Positions 10,631 through 25,200 of a DNA stretch of 64,000 nt are shown here, one piece after another. The notes below the pieces were generated by a model. The model did no database searches. It was given only the letters and a program-made list of their open reading frames with translations, and was not told the origin of the DNA. The stretch lies in contig OZ336896.1 in NCBI GenBank assembly GCA_965287045.1, positions 35,278,001 through 35,342,000 of the forward strand, written 5' to 3'. This stretch comes from Carcharhinus amblyrhynchos (Eukaryota). How positions within the stretch are numbered: the stretch's first letter is position 1; the number at the start of each line of letters is the position of its first letter. A program made the translations under genes and the position numbers.

Positions 10631-13600
10631 TGTCTGCCGCACGCCAAGCAATTGTGTTGCCTGAATAAACTAAACCCTGCTTCTCTCGGTGTGTAGACTT
10701 GCTTCGAGGTTGGAGCCACGGACAGAACGATAAAACAAGAAATTTGGCTGGGTGGGCTGCAATTTTAACCGCTGCATGTCCACGTTTAACACCTTCGGAA
10801 CTAGCCTGAGGGTTTTTTTTCTCGCACCGGATTCTCAGATTTTCTGCAGTGAGGTGCAGTCGGGATTCACTTATATTCTTGAACACACTATCCTGAAAAT
10901 GTGTGGATTTGCAGGAATCAGCAGACGTAAAGGTTTCTTTCATAAGGGTTGCATACAACTTGCAAATAAAAAGAAATATCATTTCACCAGCCTTGTTTTG
11001 CAGCCCTTGAGTTATCCTGTTAAGTCATTCATATTGCTCCATATTTTAATATGAAGAAGGTAATGTAGCAAATAAAACCCATGTGAATAGTATCCACTTT
11101 TAAATAAGAACTTGATTGCCATTAACAGCAACTGTGTATCAATGCAATCGAAAACAGGAGAAAATGATTACTCTGAACCTATTTGTGATGCCTTTGTGTA
11201 TATTGCAAGGTTTATTGTTTATTTTTAAATCCTGAAAACAACTAACAGTTGCAATGTGAGTTTATTCAGAATTAAGAGAATGGGGGAACATTGTGGCACG
11301 TGCTAAATTTATATATGTATATTGCGACACGTGTTAAATTTATATATTAGTGGTACGTGCTAAATTGATATAAATATATATTTGCAAATGCAACATGAAA
11401 ACAAAACACACAAATGTTTGCAACAACATGATGTGTCTGCAATTCTGCAATTTAAAGACTGAAGGGGGGTGGTGCGGGAAATGGCAGTGAGATTTTTTTG
11501 TGTGTGTATTAATTTCCCGAGGCATCAAATGGTTAACAGGAAACCAGCAAAAGCCCGGTTGCAGCTGTCAATCAGCCCGCGGCTGCAGACAGATCAGGTT
11601 GCCCAGCTGATGTAAATGTATCTGCCTGTTGGGGGAGGGGAGATAATTGACTGAATGGTAAAGGTAATAGATTCCACGGGGCTGCAGCCTCGGAAAAAAA
11701 AAGCATCTGCAATCAGTTTCTCATTGTAATTACTCACTCCGGATTTTGACTGAGGGAGCACTGAATCTTCTGGGGCTCTGTTTTTTAAAAAAACAAAAAT
11801 AAATTTAATAACTGATAATGGGTGGAAAGTAAAGCCACAAAACAATGTCCTAGATAATTATTGTAACCACATGCCAGATTCAAGCACTTGCAGGAGGAGA
11901 TGGAAAATAAAACAAAACACAGAATAATTGGTAGGCTTTCCCCTCCCCCCACCAAATATGTGTGCTTTAATACTCGCCCTGGTCTCAGTCGCCTTAATCG
12001 GAACCTCAATTGGGATATCGGCCCTTTGGCCGAATTTCTGATTTTCCGCCGACATTCGTGAAAATTTATCTTCTTTTTGGGGGGGGGCACATTTCAGACT
12101 TTATTCAAATTCTGATATAAGCCGTGTGAAAAGTCTTCGAGAGCAATGTGAATGTTCATAAGGCAGCCTAATATATCTTCCATTTGTATACCTTGCATGC
12201 ACAATATAGGCGTTCCCCCTCCCCGAAAACGAACCCCTCAATTTGTGTTCAGGCATCAGGCATTTTGCCAATGCGTACTGCATCATGGATCGTCATCATG
12301 GCTGCTTCAGTGAGTATTACTGGACCTCGCTCCAAACCTCAAAATACCTGTGCTTTGTTAAAAAAGAATAGAATATAAAGATGGTTTCATTACAAGGAAC
12401 ACACACTTCGCACCTGGATGCATTCAGCATTTGCTGTGGCTGTCATCCTGATTTCTTGTTACCTGCGATTAAAACACGCCAAACTGGCATCACTCTCCAA
12501 ACTCGACAAACTTCTGTGCCGAGTAAAAAAAAAATCATGGCAACATAAGGATGCCTCTTCTTACACAATTATGTGGATTTAATCTCGGCAGCGAGGAATT
12601 CAGCTGGATGCCTGATAACTTGCAGTTTCCCATTGAACAGTTAATTTTATTAATTAGAGAAGTCACTGTTTATAAAGAAGGAATTTTATTCCATCCTGTA
12701 TGACTGTATTTAGCAGCACCCAGTGAGATTATTCTTTTCTGTCTACTCAAATAGACCGCCATTTCCACACCTTTAATATTACACCCAAAGAAAACCCCAT
12801 CACGTGTGAAATGATGAGGGGAAAACTTCCTGTTTTACAACATCTCACTCCCTCCACATCTTTTCAATGTCCAATTGCATTTGGAACTCCACTGAAACTG
12901 AGTTACGCCACCAATTTCCACATCGATTCCGGAAAAGGGAGTCGCGTTTAAAAAAAAACACTAAGAAATAACCAATTCGAGAAGGGAAAGGTATTTTTTT
13001 CGCAGTTGAGGTTGCGCTTAGAAAACAGAAACAAACTGGCGTTCAAGGCCCCAAGAGGTGGATCACATTGTGGAACCCACGCGGTGGGCCCCATCAAGTG
13101 TTCTGTGTACGTGATCTGGGTTTATGCAAGGACATAGATTTCAGAACCCTGTCAGGACGGACTGGCAATCTGCGAGTTTTGTGAATTTCCAAGGAGCGGG
13201 TGTTGTTGGCAGTTCGTACAAGTTTAATGGCTGCCCCATTTATCACATTCTGACACCAGCGAGTTAAGGGAAGTAGCGCACTCTGCATTTCTTCAATGCA
13301 AATTTACACCAGAGGAAATCCTCCGCATATTTTTCTTAAAAAGACCGGAACGTGCTGATATTCACAAGTACATTAAAGTGGATCTTGTTGACTCTTGCAA
13401 TCCTGGAATCATATCGTACAAGCAGAAGCCATTCGGCCCATCGAGCCCCTGCCAATTCTTTCAAAAGAACCATTGACTCTGCCCACCATCCCGTAGCCCT
13501 GCAATTTTTAAGTACCTTTCCACATTATATTTCCACCACGATTTTGGGTAATATATTTCAGATTGTAACAACGAAATGAGTTAGAAGAGAAATCTCCCCT

Positions 13601-14357
13601 GACTGTTTTTTGTCAACTATCTTGAACCTTGTCACCTGGTAACCAGTCTTTCTATTAGTGAGCACCGTTCTTTGGTATAGAGTGAGTGTGACTGGTAAAG
13701 GTTAATATCAATTCCCTTCATCCTTGTTTAAATTGTGGTTTCAACTGAAAACCATCGTAACTAATCGCCCTCCGAGTTGGAGAAAAGATTATCCGTGTCA
13801 TGCTTTAAGCCTTAAACATTGGAAGTGTTTTTTTTCTTCCTGCCGGGACTGCTTATATTGTTTTGTTTGCAAGGACCCAATAAATCCAAGAAATATTCGC
13901 AATGCCAATGTGTTCTGCTGTGAGCAAGTTTTCCAAACAATTTCATCCTATTGATGGGAACATTTTTGATCACAAAAGTTTCAAAGATCCAGGTGGTTTG
14001 CACTCAACCAACTTCCATGTTGCCCCGGCAAATTTCTGCGTGCGTTGCGGTCACTGTGCCTTGGAAAGAAAGTGTTCGGAGCAGGTACTGTCCCTCTTCC
14101 TCGGTAATAAAGGACATTTTTTCTTATTGCTGTCATGCAATGTAAATCCCTCTCTTAGCTTTAAGTAGTCAAGTATACTCCGTGAACTGTAACATGACCA
14201 TTCATCGGGCAATGTGCAAAGTCCTGATTAGAGAGATAGAACTTGCGTTTACATAGCGCCTTTCGCGTCCGCAGGACGCATCAAGAAAATTGCTACAATT
14301 CAAGAAATAAGGTAGCCAAATTTCGCAGAGCCTGGTTCCACAAACTATAATGTAATA

Positions 14358-14469
14358 AAGATGTGGAAATGCCGGCGTTGGACTGGAGTAAGCGCAATAA
14401 GAAGTGTCACAACACCAGGTTAAAGTCCAAACCTGTCGGACTTTAACCTGATGTTGTGACACTTCTTAC
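14358..14469. mobile_element. Family B foldback Penelope-like element
   Basis: Arms taagaagtgtcacaacaccaggttaaagtcc / ggactttaacctgatgttgtgacacttctta, inserted in a Deu-SINE. Further family B copies at ~24042-24148, 26634-26741, 54573-54602, 55326-55412 and 62268-62556. Confidence 0.8.
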
Positions 14470-16073
14470 AACGTAATAATGGCCAAATAATGTGATTTGG
14501 AACCAGCGTTGCTGCTTGGTTGGAAATTTGCCACTGAGCTAGTTCTCGGCAGAATTGGCAGACGTAGCGGCAAGGATATTGACAACTGGGTTTAGATACA
14601 AACAGCCATCATCAACTGGTTGGGCTGGAGTTAACTGTGGTTATATCCCGGTCTGATGTCCGCGCTACAAGCCTTGCGGAACTGAGGTGGTGGTTAAGCT
14701 GTGGAGAGAGTCTAGTTGCGTTCAAGGTGGAGCAAAGAAAATAGCATAAAGGCAATAAGAAGGAAACAACATTCTCAGCAGGTCTGGCGGCATCTGCAGG
14801 GAGAGAGAGAAAAAAAAGACTCAATCTTTCAGGTTAATCACAGACTGAAAAGTTCACTGTTCTGCTCTCCAGACAGGCTTGTTGACGGGCCAAGTATTTC
14901 CAGCGCTTTCTGGCTTGAGTTCTGATTTCCGGCAGCGGCAGTGGTTTGTTTTTGTACACACTGGTTAGGTTTCTGTTGCATAGCAATAGCCATGTTCAGG
15001 GGGCGGGGTTAATAGTCGCAATCAAAATCCGATTGGCTTGGAGCATGGTTGCATTGAATTATGTCATTCATCAGAAAGGACAGTCCACCAATACTGTACT
15101 CCCAGCCGTTTTTACATTACGCACAACTGACAGCATAATTTACACCAACAGGTCCATACTGGTGTCCATAATCTATACAAGTCACCCTTCCACCATCAAT
15201 TCACCCTTCCATGAGCTCCTTATTTCCTCTCCCTCAGCACTCCCTGGGCCTCAATGCTATTTCACAGTCTCCGATAAAAAAAATTCTTTACTGGATATTT
15301 TTTGCATCTTCATGCATTCAGTCGTAATAATTAAACAGCTGTTTCAGTGGCTAAGCATTATTTATAATTCCTTATCTTCATTTAATTGCGGAATAACTAA
15401 TCATATCAGCCACTTATTTTTATAGCCAATTTCGCATCTTCGTTAATCGATTTAACTTTTCAAGATCAAATGCTATTTGCCAGGAACCTGTGATTAGCGC
15501 TATCTCCGTAGGTGTGAAATAATATATGCGAGGCGTTTTGCCTTGTGGTCCTCTTATATAACGTTGAGAACTGAGAAACTGAAGTCGCTAATGCTCGCTG
15601 TTCCAATTATCTACCTTTGCTTCTCACCTTACTCAACGCCCCCCCCGCCAAAAAAGCCCCAAAGCGAAAACTCAGGACTTTTTCGACTTGATACCCCGCA
15701 CGTTTTCAATCTGACCGAATCTTTTGATCTGTTCTGTTTTGGAGTCTGCATCACCCGAGGCGGATTTTATTATTATTGTTATTTTTAAAAAAGAATCCCA
15801 CTCAAACCCGGCCAAACTAGCATCGTGTGAGAGAAATCAGATGATTTAGTCCTGCAATTTCCAGTAAGAACCCGTCTTTTGAGAACAACGACTTAAATAG
15901 TTGCTCTAGATTGTTGCATCATCCCATTTCAGACGGTCGCTCCTCTGACAGCAACTAAACCATGCGAGATTCAGAAGTATGGATACTCAAGGAAGACAAA
16001 TCTCAGGTAGGCATCAAGGGATACGGGGGCGGGGAGAGGGACAGCGGGGGGAACCGGGGCATTGAATTTGATG

Positions 16074-16240
16074 CCAAAAGAGAAAATGCTGGAAAATCTC
16101 AGCATGTCTGTCAGTGTCTGTAAGGAGAGAAATGAGCTGAAGTTTTCTCTCCTTACAGATGCTGCCAGACCTGCTGAGATTTTCCAGCATTTTCTCTTTT
16201 GGTTACAGACTCCCGCGTCCGCAGTAATTCGCTTTTATTT
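16074..16240. mobile_element. Family A foldback element
   Basis: Inverted arms. Flanking duplication att(g/c)aatttgatg (16061-73, 16241-53), inserted in a CR1 3' end. Further family A copies at ~2800-2910, 14750-14950, 17121-17250, 23740-23850, 27628-27750 and 36385-36485. Confidence 0.8.
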
Positions 16241-19200
16241 ATTCAATTTGATGATCGGCCAAGATCACAATGAATGCTAGAACAGACTTGAAGGGCCGAA
16301 CGCCTGCTCTTGCTTCCAGTTTCTATTTGATTACCGACGTGCAAAAAAAGACACAAACGTTGGGACATTTAAATAAGTTACAATGCCGATTTGTCAATCA
16401 TTCTGTGTTGGTGGATTTAAAACACACGTTGTTGAAGTGACACGCGCCCAAAATTGGTGGAATAGTCTCTGCGTTTACTGGTACATTTGATCATTGGAGA
16501 TGAACACACTGGAAAGGCAGCCAGTCAGCACTCATCTCTATTGTTCTAGTCACTCCGAGGAGATACAGTTCCACCGATATCCTAACACCCTCAGCACGAA
16601 CTAACATTCCCCCCGTTTTCCGAAACTGGCCTCCTGTCATAACCTGAAGGTGATAGGAATGAAGGAACACCCTGAGGGATTTCACCGTCCACATTCATCA
16701 GAACCTCATACTCCCATCACACTCGACCCCAAAATTATCACCCTCCCTCTCCCTTTTTCTCAGCGGAGAAACTCACATAGAATCCCAAACCCAACAGTGC
16801 AGGGCACACTCAAGGCGAGAAAACCATGTCAATTAGGATTGGAGGGGCTTTCTTTAGGACAGAGAAAGCTGAGGGGGACACGACTGAGGTGTATAAGATT
16901 ATGAGGGGGATGGACAGGGTGAAGAGGAAGCAGCTGTTCCTCTTGGTTGAGCAGTCAGCCACGAAGGGGGCATAGTTTTAGGGTAAGGGGCAGTAGATTT
17001 GAGAAATAAGAATGACTCGCGGAGTTGTGGGAATCTGGATTGCATTGCCTGGGAAGGTAGTGGAGGCTGGAAACTTTGCAACCTCTAAACAAAAATTGGA
17101 TGAGCACTTGAACCATCATAAATGAAAGCAACTGACTGCGGATTGGAATCTAAAACTAAAAGAGAAAATGCTGGAAAATCTGGCAACATCTGGTAAGGAG
17201 AGAAAAGGACAGACGTTTCGAGTCTAGATGGCCCTTTGTCACAGCTGGTGAAACATCAACAAAATGTTGAAAAATCAAGGAAATGGGACCAAGTGCAGGA
17301 AAATGGGATTAGTGCGACTTTAGTAGTAGTTATTGTTGGTGTTGCCTCGATGGGCAGAAGGGCCGTTTCTGCTACGTACAACTCTACGATGAAGACACAG
17401 ATGGTTCTTTCGAACAGCCGAGTGGGCGTTTCGAACCAGTTAAACTGCAACAAATGCTCAGATACTCCACCCCAATCTCTGGCCTTTCGGTCTAAGAACT
17501 GAAATGACGCTTATTCATGCCACGTGGCAAGGCTGGCCCCCACTGAATGTTCAAGATGACACAATGATTTCCGTGGCTATCGTGATGTGCCTCGGTATTT
17601 GTATCATGCGTCGGCAGCAAAATAAGGGGAAAAGGATTAGGCTATTGAGTTGGACGATCAGCCATGATCGCGATGAATGGCGGAGCAAGATTGCTTCCTC
17701 CTACTCCTACCTTCTATGTTTTTTATGTCTATGTTTTTCCTCGCTCCACTGGAATCTCTGTGACTATTCTTTTTAACACGGTATAATATGTAGCATTGAA
17801 TGAGAAGGAGTCCTTGCTGCACGAAAGATTTTAAACATTGAAAACGCAGCCAATGACGGTATGTTGTAGCTGGATTTGGCAAACCCACCTACCATTATAC
17901 CCGGAGTGTGCTAATCTATATATTATATGTCTTATATATAATATATGTACATATATATAAATACAGACCTTTCCAAAGCATTGAGACACTGATACTATTA
18001 GAAAGAGTTTTACTCTAAACAGATTTCACTGTTCTCCATTTGAAAATAATGAGATTTTTTATTAATATATGTCAGCTATTCCCCTGGTTGTTTGCAAATG
18101 CCGGAAACTATAATATCGGCTGAGTTTATTGGCACCTGTTGCCAAATTGGCCCCAAGTTTAGACCCATCTACTTACAAGCAGTTTGGGTATAATTACACT
18201 TGGCTTTATGAAAGTTGACTGATAGGATCTTGGAACTAAAAATGACACCATACTCGTCGTATCATTTGCAAATCAGAGGATAGGGGGATGGAAGCCAATC
18301 CCAAGGCTGCCATCTTGCTTTGCAGCTTCTGATCTAATTATTGCCTCATGGTGAAGCAGCAACCTCGGCTCATCGCGGGTGACACAGCTTCATCAACCGG
18401 CTGGCAGTCAGATTGTTCAGTTCGCGCGAGAGGAGAGAATCCTCACGGGATGTGCAAACCCAACCTGCAAATCCCTGGAGCTGGAACGCTTGAACGTTCG
18501 CCGGTACATGCCTCAAAACATGAACTACCGGTGAAAGTGGCAGGCTCACGAGTTGCACGGTGCTCTCATTGAAACATTGAGAGTGTTTTTTTGTTTTTGG
18601 AAATGTAATGAATTCCTGCCAGTCTAAATAGGTAGACTGACCCGCATGCTGTGTAACCCTGTACAGCATCAACCCCCGTCACTCCAGTGGAATTGGATCC
18701 AGAATTGAACCATTGCCAACAAGTTGAGGTGGATCTTCAGATATCACCCGAAACATGAAGCTTCAAAAGCAGGACTATTGTATCCCAATAAAGTATGGAA
18801 CGTGCTGTGAATGCATCACTGGTCTGTGAAAGAGAAATAGATGGAATGTTCCATCCCAATTGCAAAATATTGTTTGCTCAGGAATAACGACTGGATTTGT
18901 TTTAAAAAACTGTTCAGCCATACAATGAAATTATTTAGATGCTTAGATAATTAGATATCCGTAACTGCAGGAGATTGTGTTATAATGGCAGAGGTAGGGA
19001 TCCAGATGGGATCCGAATATTCTTATAGTTGGCAAATAATCCCCTCCACAAATGTCCTGATGTGGGACATTTGATTTACCAACACAAGATAGGTCATCTT
19101 ATCTTAGTGTTTAGAATTTATACAATAACTGGATTTTTTTTGCAAGAAATACTCCGAGTTCGGATAAGTAACCCAGGCTTGGATCTTTGTCAAGAATTCC

Positions 19201-21649
19201 TACCATCTGGACATCTAAAGTCTCCAGAGGTGGCCAACCGTTCAGAACCATTGAGCCGCATCCAATCATCTTCAGGCGCTCGAGGGCCGCAAGAGAGGGA
19301 TAACCTTTACAGGTACATCTTTTTATTACTACAGCTTTAAGATATTGCTGTCATTACGTTTTCCCTTATCCTCAGTAACCATAAAGTGCACATATCACAG
19401 TTTCTAAATCCGAAATAATAATTATATTTTTAGAATCGAAGGCTTGATTTGTCTTCCAGCAAATGATTTCCCTCCGGATTTGTTCTTGGTCAAGAAACTA
19501 TCATTGCCAAAGGTGGCCCGTCAATGAAAATCCACCTGATCACGTTGCAAACATCTGGACACAGCTGCAAATAGCTAGATATAGATGGATATAGATGCAA
19601 ATATATAGATATACTGGATAAAGCTGCCAAAAAGCTAGACGGAATAGATCCAAGTATGTTGTCCCTGCAACTCTTCTTCAATATTTCCATTCTGTTTGAG
19701 AGGCACCTGGTTTGATTAATTTATTTAATGTGTCATTATAGTATTCATCTGGGTGTGTGTCTCCAACATGCAGCAACAGGAGATCCGAAGACGTAACATA
19801 TTTTCCACAACATTGCGGAAAGCCGCAGAATGTTGGACGTCTTATTCCCATCAGATCCAAAGAGAAAATAATAACACATTGATGCAGTGGCCAAGATATA
19901 TTGCTGTGATGTATTAAAATGTTACAGAAAATGCCTCCACTAAAATCAATGCGCCATGGCTTTATAGCATTGAGTGTGCTATCAAGTCTATATGAATCTT
20001 CCGAATTTATAGCAGTTTAAGCGAAACTCAATGTGATTTCTGAAAATATCAATTCAAAGTTTTGGCGCTATAAATGACGAAAGTTGCATATGATCGCCAT
20101 TAAAACAGTTGACTTTGAATACTGAGGCTCATAAACATTTGTCAAGGCTCCAAACATCATTCAGGGAAGGTGTGCTAGTATGTGGAATGGGCGGTTTGTC
20201 TTATGAGAAGAGGTTGGGCAATCAAGGCTTGTATTCGCGTGAGTTCAGAAGGGTCAGAGGTGACTTGACTGAAACACATAGGATTCTGAGGGACCTTGAC
20301 AGGAGGGATGTGGAGAAGATGTTTCCTGTTCTGGGACAATCTGGAACTAGGGATTACTGTTCGAAAATAAGGGGATACCCATTCAAAACGGAGATGGGCA
20401 ATTTTTAAAAACTCAGACAGCCTCTCCCTGAACAGGCGGTGGAGGTAGAATCTTTCAATATTTCTAAGGCAGAGGTGATAGATTCTTGTAAGTAGAGGGG
20501 CGATAGGTTATCGGGGATCGGCAGTCTGTGAAATTGAGGCTATTATCAGATCAGCCATGATCTTATTAAATCGAGGGGCTGCTTCTTTCTTCTTGTTAGT
20601 AAGAGATATTTGGCTTTCTCGACAGTCATAGATTGGCCATTCAAGGGAAAGTTTTACCTGTCCATCACACCAAAAATTTGCTTCCATCATCACTTACTTT
20701 TCCGATAAGACAAAGGTCTTCTCAGAGACTCAGAGAAGCGGGGAGGTTCTCCCGGTGTTCTGACCAACATTTATTCCCCAGTCCACTTCTGAATCAGGTG
20801 ATCTGGTCACTTGTTTCGTTACAGAGCGTTGGAGCTTGCTTTGTGCAAATTGGTTGCGTTTTTCCTTGCATTACACCAGTCACTACACTCCATTGATGGT
20901 AAACCGCTTTGGGACATCCTGCGGTTGTGGAAAGTGCCGGGTAAATGTACGTCTTTCTTTATTTTCTATGACCATCCTTTAACTCCAGTTAGTTCCTCAT
21001 TCGGGAAATAATGTTGTGCAAACAAAAAAGGGGGGCAGGCGGTCTCTTTAGACTACTTAATTCTGGACTGTGCCTGGTATAGCAACCTGGGAACGGCATA
21101 TTGGCTCCGGAATTGGAGCTCGCTGGTTCGGTTGGAGAATCATGGAAATGGTGCCCTGAATATGATTCATTGAACATTCTATAATGAAGTGATGAAGTTT
21201 ATAATTACAGTCTGCAATATACTTCACACAACAAGTATTGGGAACAACATACTTTGAGGGAGAACAAGACTTTGGGCTATTAAACAATTTTATACGAGCT
21301 TCTGATGCAATTCTGTAAGAGTTTGAAAATGAGGTGTGACATCCACCACGATGTACCCAGCGAACATAGAATTCTTGGCAGCTTCCCGCTAGTACATCAC
21401 AAGGGGTATCCACAAGTTTTAGAGTCATAGAGATTTACAGCATGGAAACAGGCCCTTTGGCCAAACTTGTCCATGCCGCCCTTCTTTTTAACCATTAAAC
21501 TAATCCCAATTGCCCGGGTTTGGCCCATATCCCTCTATACCCATCTTATTTGTGTAACTGTTTTAGTGTATCAATTTACGACATCGGCTGGCCCTACACA
21601 GGACTTACGTGTTATGAACTTCTTTCCTATCCCCAGTCTAGTGATAAGC

Positions 21650-22220
21650 CCGTAAGACCATGAGATGTAGGAACAGGAGCAGGCTGCTGAGCCTCTCGAG
21701 CCTGCTCCACCATTCAATAGGATCTTGACTGATCCCACATTCCTCACGTCCACTTTCCTGCTCTTTCCCCATAACTCTTGATTCCCTTCCTGATCAAGAA
21801 TCTATCCATCTTAGCCTTAAATATACACCAGGACTCTGCCCCCGCAGCTCTCTGTGGCAAGGCGTTCCAAAGATTCACAATCCTCTGAGAAAAGAAATTC
21901 TTCCTCATCTCAGTCTTAAATTGGCGTCGCCTTCTTCTGAGACTCTGCCCTCTGGTGCTAGACTCACCCATAAGGGGAAACACCCTCTCAGCGTTTACCT
22001 TGTCAAGCCCTTTAAGAATCCTCTACGTTTCAATGAGATCACCTCTCATTCTTCTAAATCCCAATGAACCAGTCGCAACTTGCTTAACCTTTGCTCACAA
22101 GACAATCCTTCCATACCGGGGATCATCCGAGTGAACCTTCTCTGAACAGCCTACAATAATATCTTCGCTTAAATAAGGGGACCAGCATGCTCACTCCAGA
22201 TGTGATCTCACCAGTATCTT
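21650..22220 (-). mobile_element. CR1 LINE 3' end (ORF2 C-terminus plus 3'UTR)
   Basis: The - strand encodes FPLMGESSTRGQSL..FKTEMRKNFFSQRIVNLWNALPQ. Other CR1 pieces at ~13395-13660 (-), 16840-17120 (+), 20160-20590 (+), 21425-21550 (-), 22600-22780 (+), 23880-24310 (-), 52355-52540 (+), 53300-53595 (+), 56545-56685 (+), 56845-57065 (+) and 61120-61230 (-). Confidence 0.9.
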
Positions 22221-25200
22221 GTAGAGATAACTTCCTGAGAACTATGTACAAGTTGACGAAGAATGAAAACATAAACTGATGCATGTTCAATAGCCCTTAT
22301 ACACAGATTCTAAAGGACTTGTACATACAATACTGGTGTTTTCCTTGCATAGCGGTAGTAGACATGAAGACCACACATTTTATTTCTCCATATGGTTTCT
22401 ATGACTGACAAAGCTTTGTGCTCACATTGTGGTTACTGTTGTTAATGTTTTGCCAAATGTGGCAAAGATGACAGTCCATGTGTCTCGTTTCCAATAGAAT
22501 TAAATATATTCCTGTTAAAAGATTCAACCCATCCTCAAAAACTTTCAGGACGTCTTTTCATGTGGCTGGAACAATTCAACAAGAAGTGCAAATGTATGCA
22601 TATTATTTACACAGAGGCTGTCTAGAATGTAGGATTCTTGCTGCAGAGCATTGGTGAAGTATATGGGGCGCGGGGTCTAGTTGTTTGACATAAAGAACAA
22701 GGCGTTAGACTAGGCGATTGGGTGGCGAAAATTGCCGCGCGGACATGATGGGCCGAATGGTCTTTGTATGTGCTGCAACATTAATTGATTCAGTCTATAT
22801 TGCCCAACTTAGTAAGATTTGTTTTGGAGATAAGGTACGATTTTATCTTTTGAAGTCTAGAGTTTAATTACCCGGCTTAGCGAGCGCTACAGTGGTGCAC
22901 TTGGAGAACATTGGCGCTACATTGGTGTACTTGCTTGAGAGCACAGATAGACAGTCAAGATAGGGTATTGAAAATGGTTTCAACTTGAATCTAACTGAAC
23001 GCTTATTAAAGTCTGAATCCAATGGGTTTCCATCCAAATAGCTTTCTCGCTATTTGGTTTGATGTCATGCCCAGTGCAGCATTGGGGTCAAACGGAAAAC
23101 AATATGCTAAGACACTAAGGATTCTCGGAAGAAACGTGAAGACCATAGTTCCATTGAAAATAGTGAGGCCCAGTGTTTAATATTTAACACGCTTCTGATC
23201 CTGAACCTTCAAGTGTACCTTTGACTTGTTGTTTGAACATGTCCTTTTAATTAAAAAGAAATTGTGAGCCCACCGAGCCTTAAACTGTGACAATGTGTTA
23301 GGGAACCAATGTTTTTATCCTGGTGCTAATGAATTGATTGGTATATGCAGTATAAAAATGATGTTAACCCGATGACCGAAGTTAAATATGCAATGCTCCA
23401 CTCTGCTGACGGTTATTATAATAGCAATTGAGCCCGGCGATTGAAGCGAAAACTATTTTGTCCAGCAATAGACTCTGGGTTACTGCAATCCCGGGTTAAG
23501 TTTCGATGCGCGGATGTCCATCGGAATAGGTGAGGTTAAAGGCCGCAGAGGAATAAGGAACCAATTTTCCAGTCAAATATCTGCAGGGGTTGTTTGGGAG
23601 GGCTCCGTCTGATTTCCCAACAGTTGTGACATGACTTATTCACCCACACCCTCAGAAAACAAACTCCTCTACCTAGCAGCAATGCAAGAGCTTCCAATGA
23701 AAACCATCAGCTCAGCTGACCCGAGCCACAACAGTCAAACAGAAATTCTTGTCGTGTTATCATTTCATCCTGACTCGAAACGTTAGCTCTGTTTCTGTCC
23801 CCACAGGTGCTGCCAGAGCTGCAGAGATTTTCCAGCATTTTCTGTTCTATTGTGATAAAATGTTGGTGCGGTCCTGACTTTAACATCAGAACTAGGAGCA
23901 GGGGTGGGCAGTTAAGGCCCTCGGGCCTGCTCCACATTCAATGCGATCAGGGCTGATCTGATCTCGGCCTCAACTGCCCGTTTATTATAGCCAGCTCAAA
24001 CCCATTACTCATTTTAAAAATCTTCTTTATCCTCCTTAAATGTATGATGTGGAGGCGTTCACCTGATAAAGGAGCGGCGTTCCAAAAGCTCGTGCTACTA
24101 AATTAAACCTGTTGGGCTTTAACCCGTTGTTGTGAGACTTCTTACTCACCTTAAATTCACTCTGTGTCCTGGCGTTCACCGCTCTCTCTGGGGCCATGAA
24201 TTTCACAGATTCGCGATCTTTTGGGAGGAATAATTTACTCCTCATCCATGTTTTCAATCTGCCACCTCTCATTCTCAAATTCTGACCTCTCGTTCCAGAT
24301 TTCCTCATCTTCTCGAAGTCAACTTAATGGTGTTATTTAAAACAAAACCCACGACCCTCTGTGCCTTTGGTCCATGTATTCTCAGGCCAATTGTTCAAAT
24401 AGGAACGCTTCCCAAAACGAAAAGACGATATTGTTTGGAATGTTGTATCATTTCATTACCACAGGAAGAACACCTTTCTCTCTGTCACACGCAGTTGGAC
24501 TCAATGTGAACGTGACAAAAGTCTAAATCCTTTGGCCCGAGTGGTGTTATAAAACCATGTTTTTGCATTGGCGCCTGCTGTTACATTCTCGCATTGCAGG
24601 CGCTAAGTTCTTGAAGAAATGGATTGGAAGGATCCCTGTCAACTGTGCTCTGACTGGCATTCATTCACGCGTGGAAGATCACAAGAAACAACCCCGAGAA
24701 AGCAATAGTCACATCAAACGTTTCAACTTGTCCTTGTGGTACCTGGTGCTAGAAGTTACTCTTTATGTAGACCATGAATGCAATAAATGCCTCACCTTTC
24801 AGAAAATAAACTCACGTCATTGTCCAATGTGCAGCCTCTGGTCTCTAAGCCAGATGCACATTTTCCCCAGTAGACTGGGAGCTCGGATGGCGGATATTTC
24901 CAGATTATGCTGTGTGTAGATAATGCGTCGATAAGTTTTGATAGGTTAAGTCAACCTTGCCGCCAAAAAAAAACCGGAATGTGTACTTAACTCCTCTCAG
25001 CGCTCAAAATTGGTAACTTGTCACCATCAAGCATCGTGTAGTCATAGAGAAAACAAATGTTTATTATTGTTGAATGATGTATTTGAGTATTTATCGGTCG
25101 GTCCACTATTCTGGCTGGAGTGTGTCCAAGATTATAACATCAAAGGACATCCGCGTGTGTTTCAAAGTTCATCTGGCAACAGACGCCCAAGGACTTTGAC

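Noticed and set aside
14358-14469. Dispersed palindromic repeats as CRISPR/REP elements or miRNA genes
   Set aside because: Vertebrate DNA with no repeat-spacer array. The hairpins belong to multi-copy mobile families with flanking duplications.
22884-22943. 30-bp tandem duplication (gcgctaca.tggtg.acttg)
   Set aside because: Two diverged copies only; ordinary local duplication.
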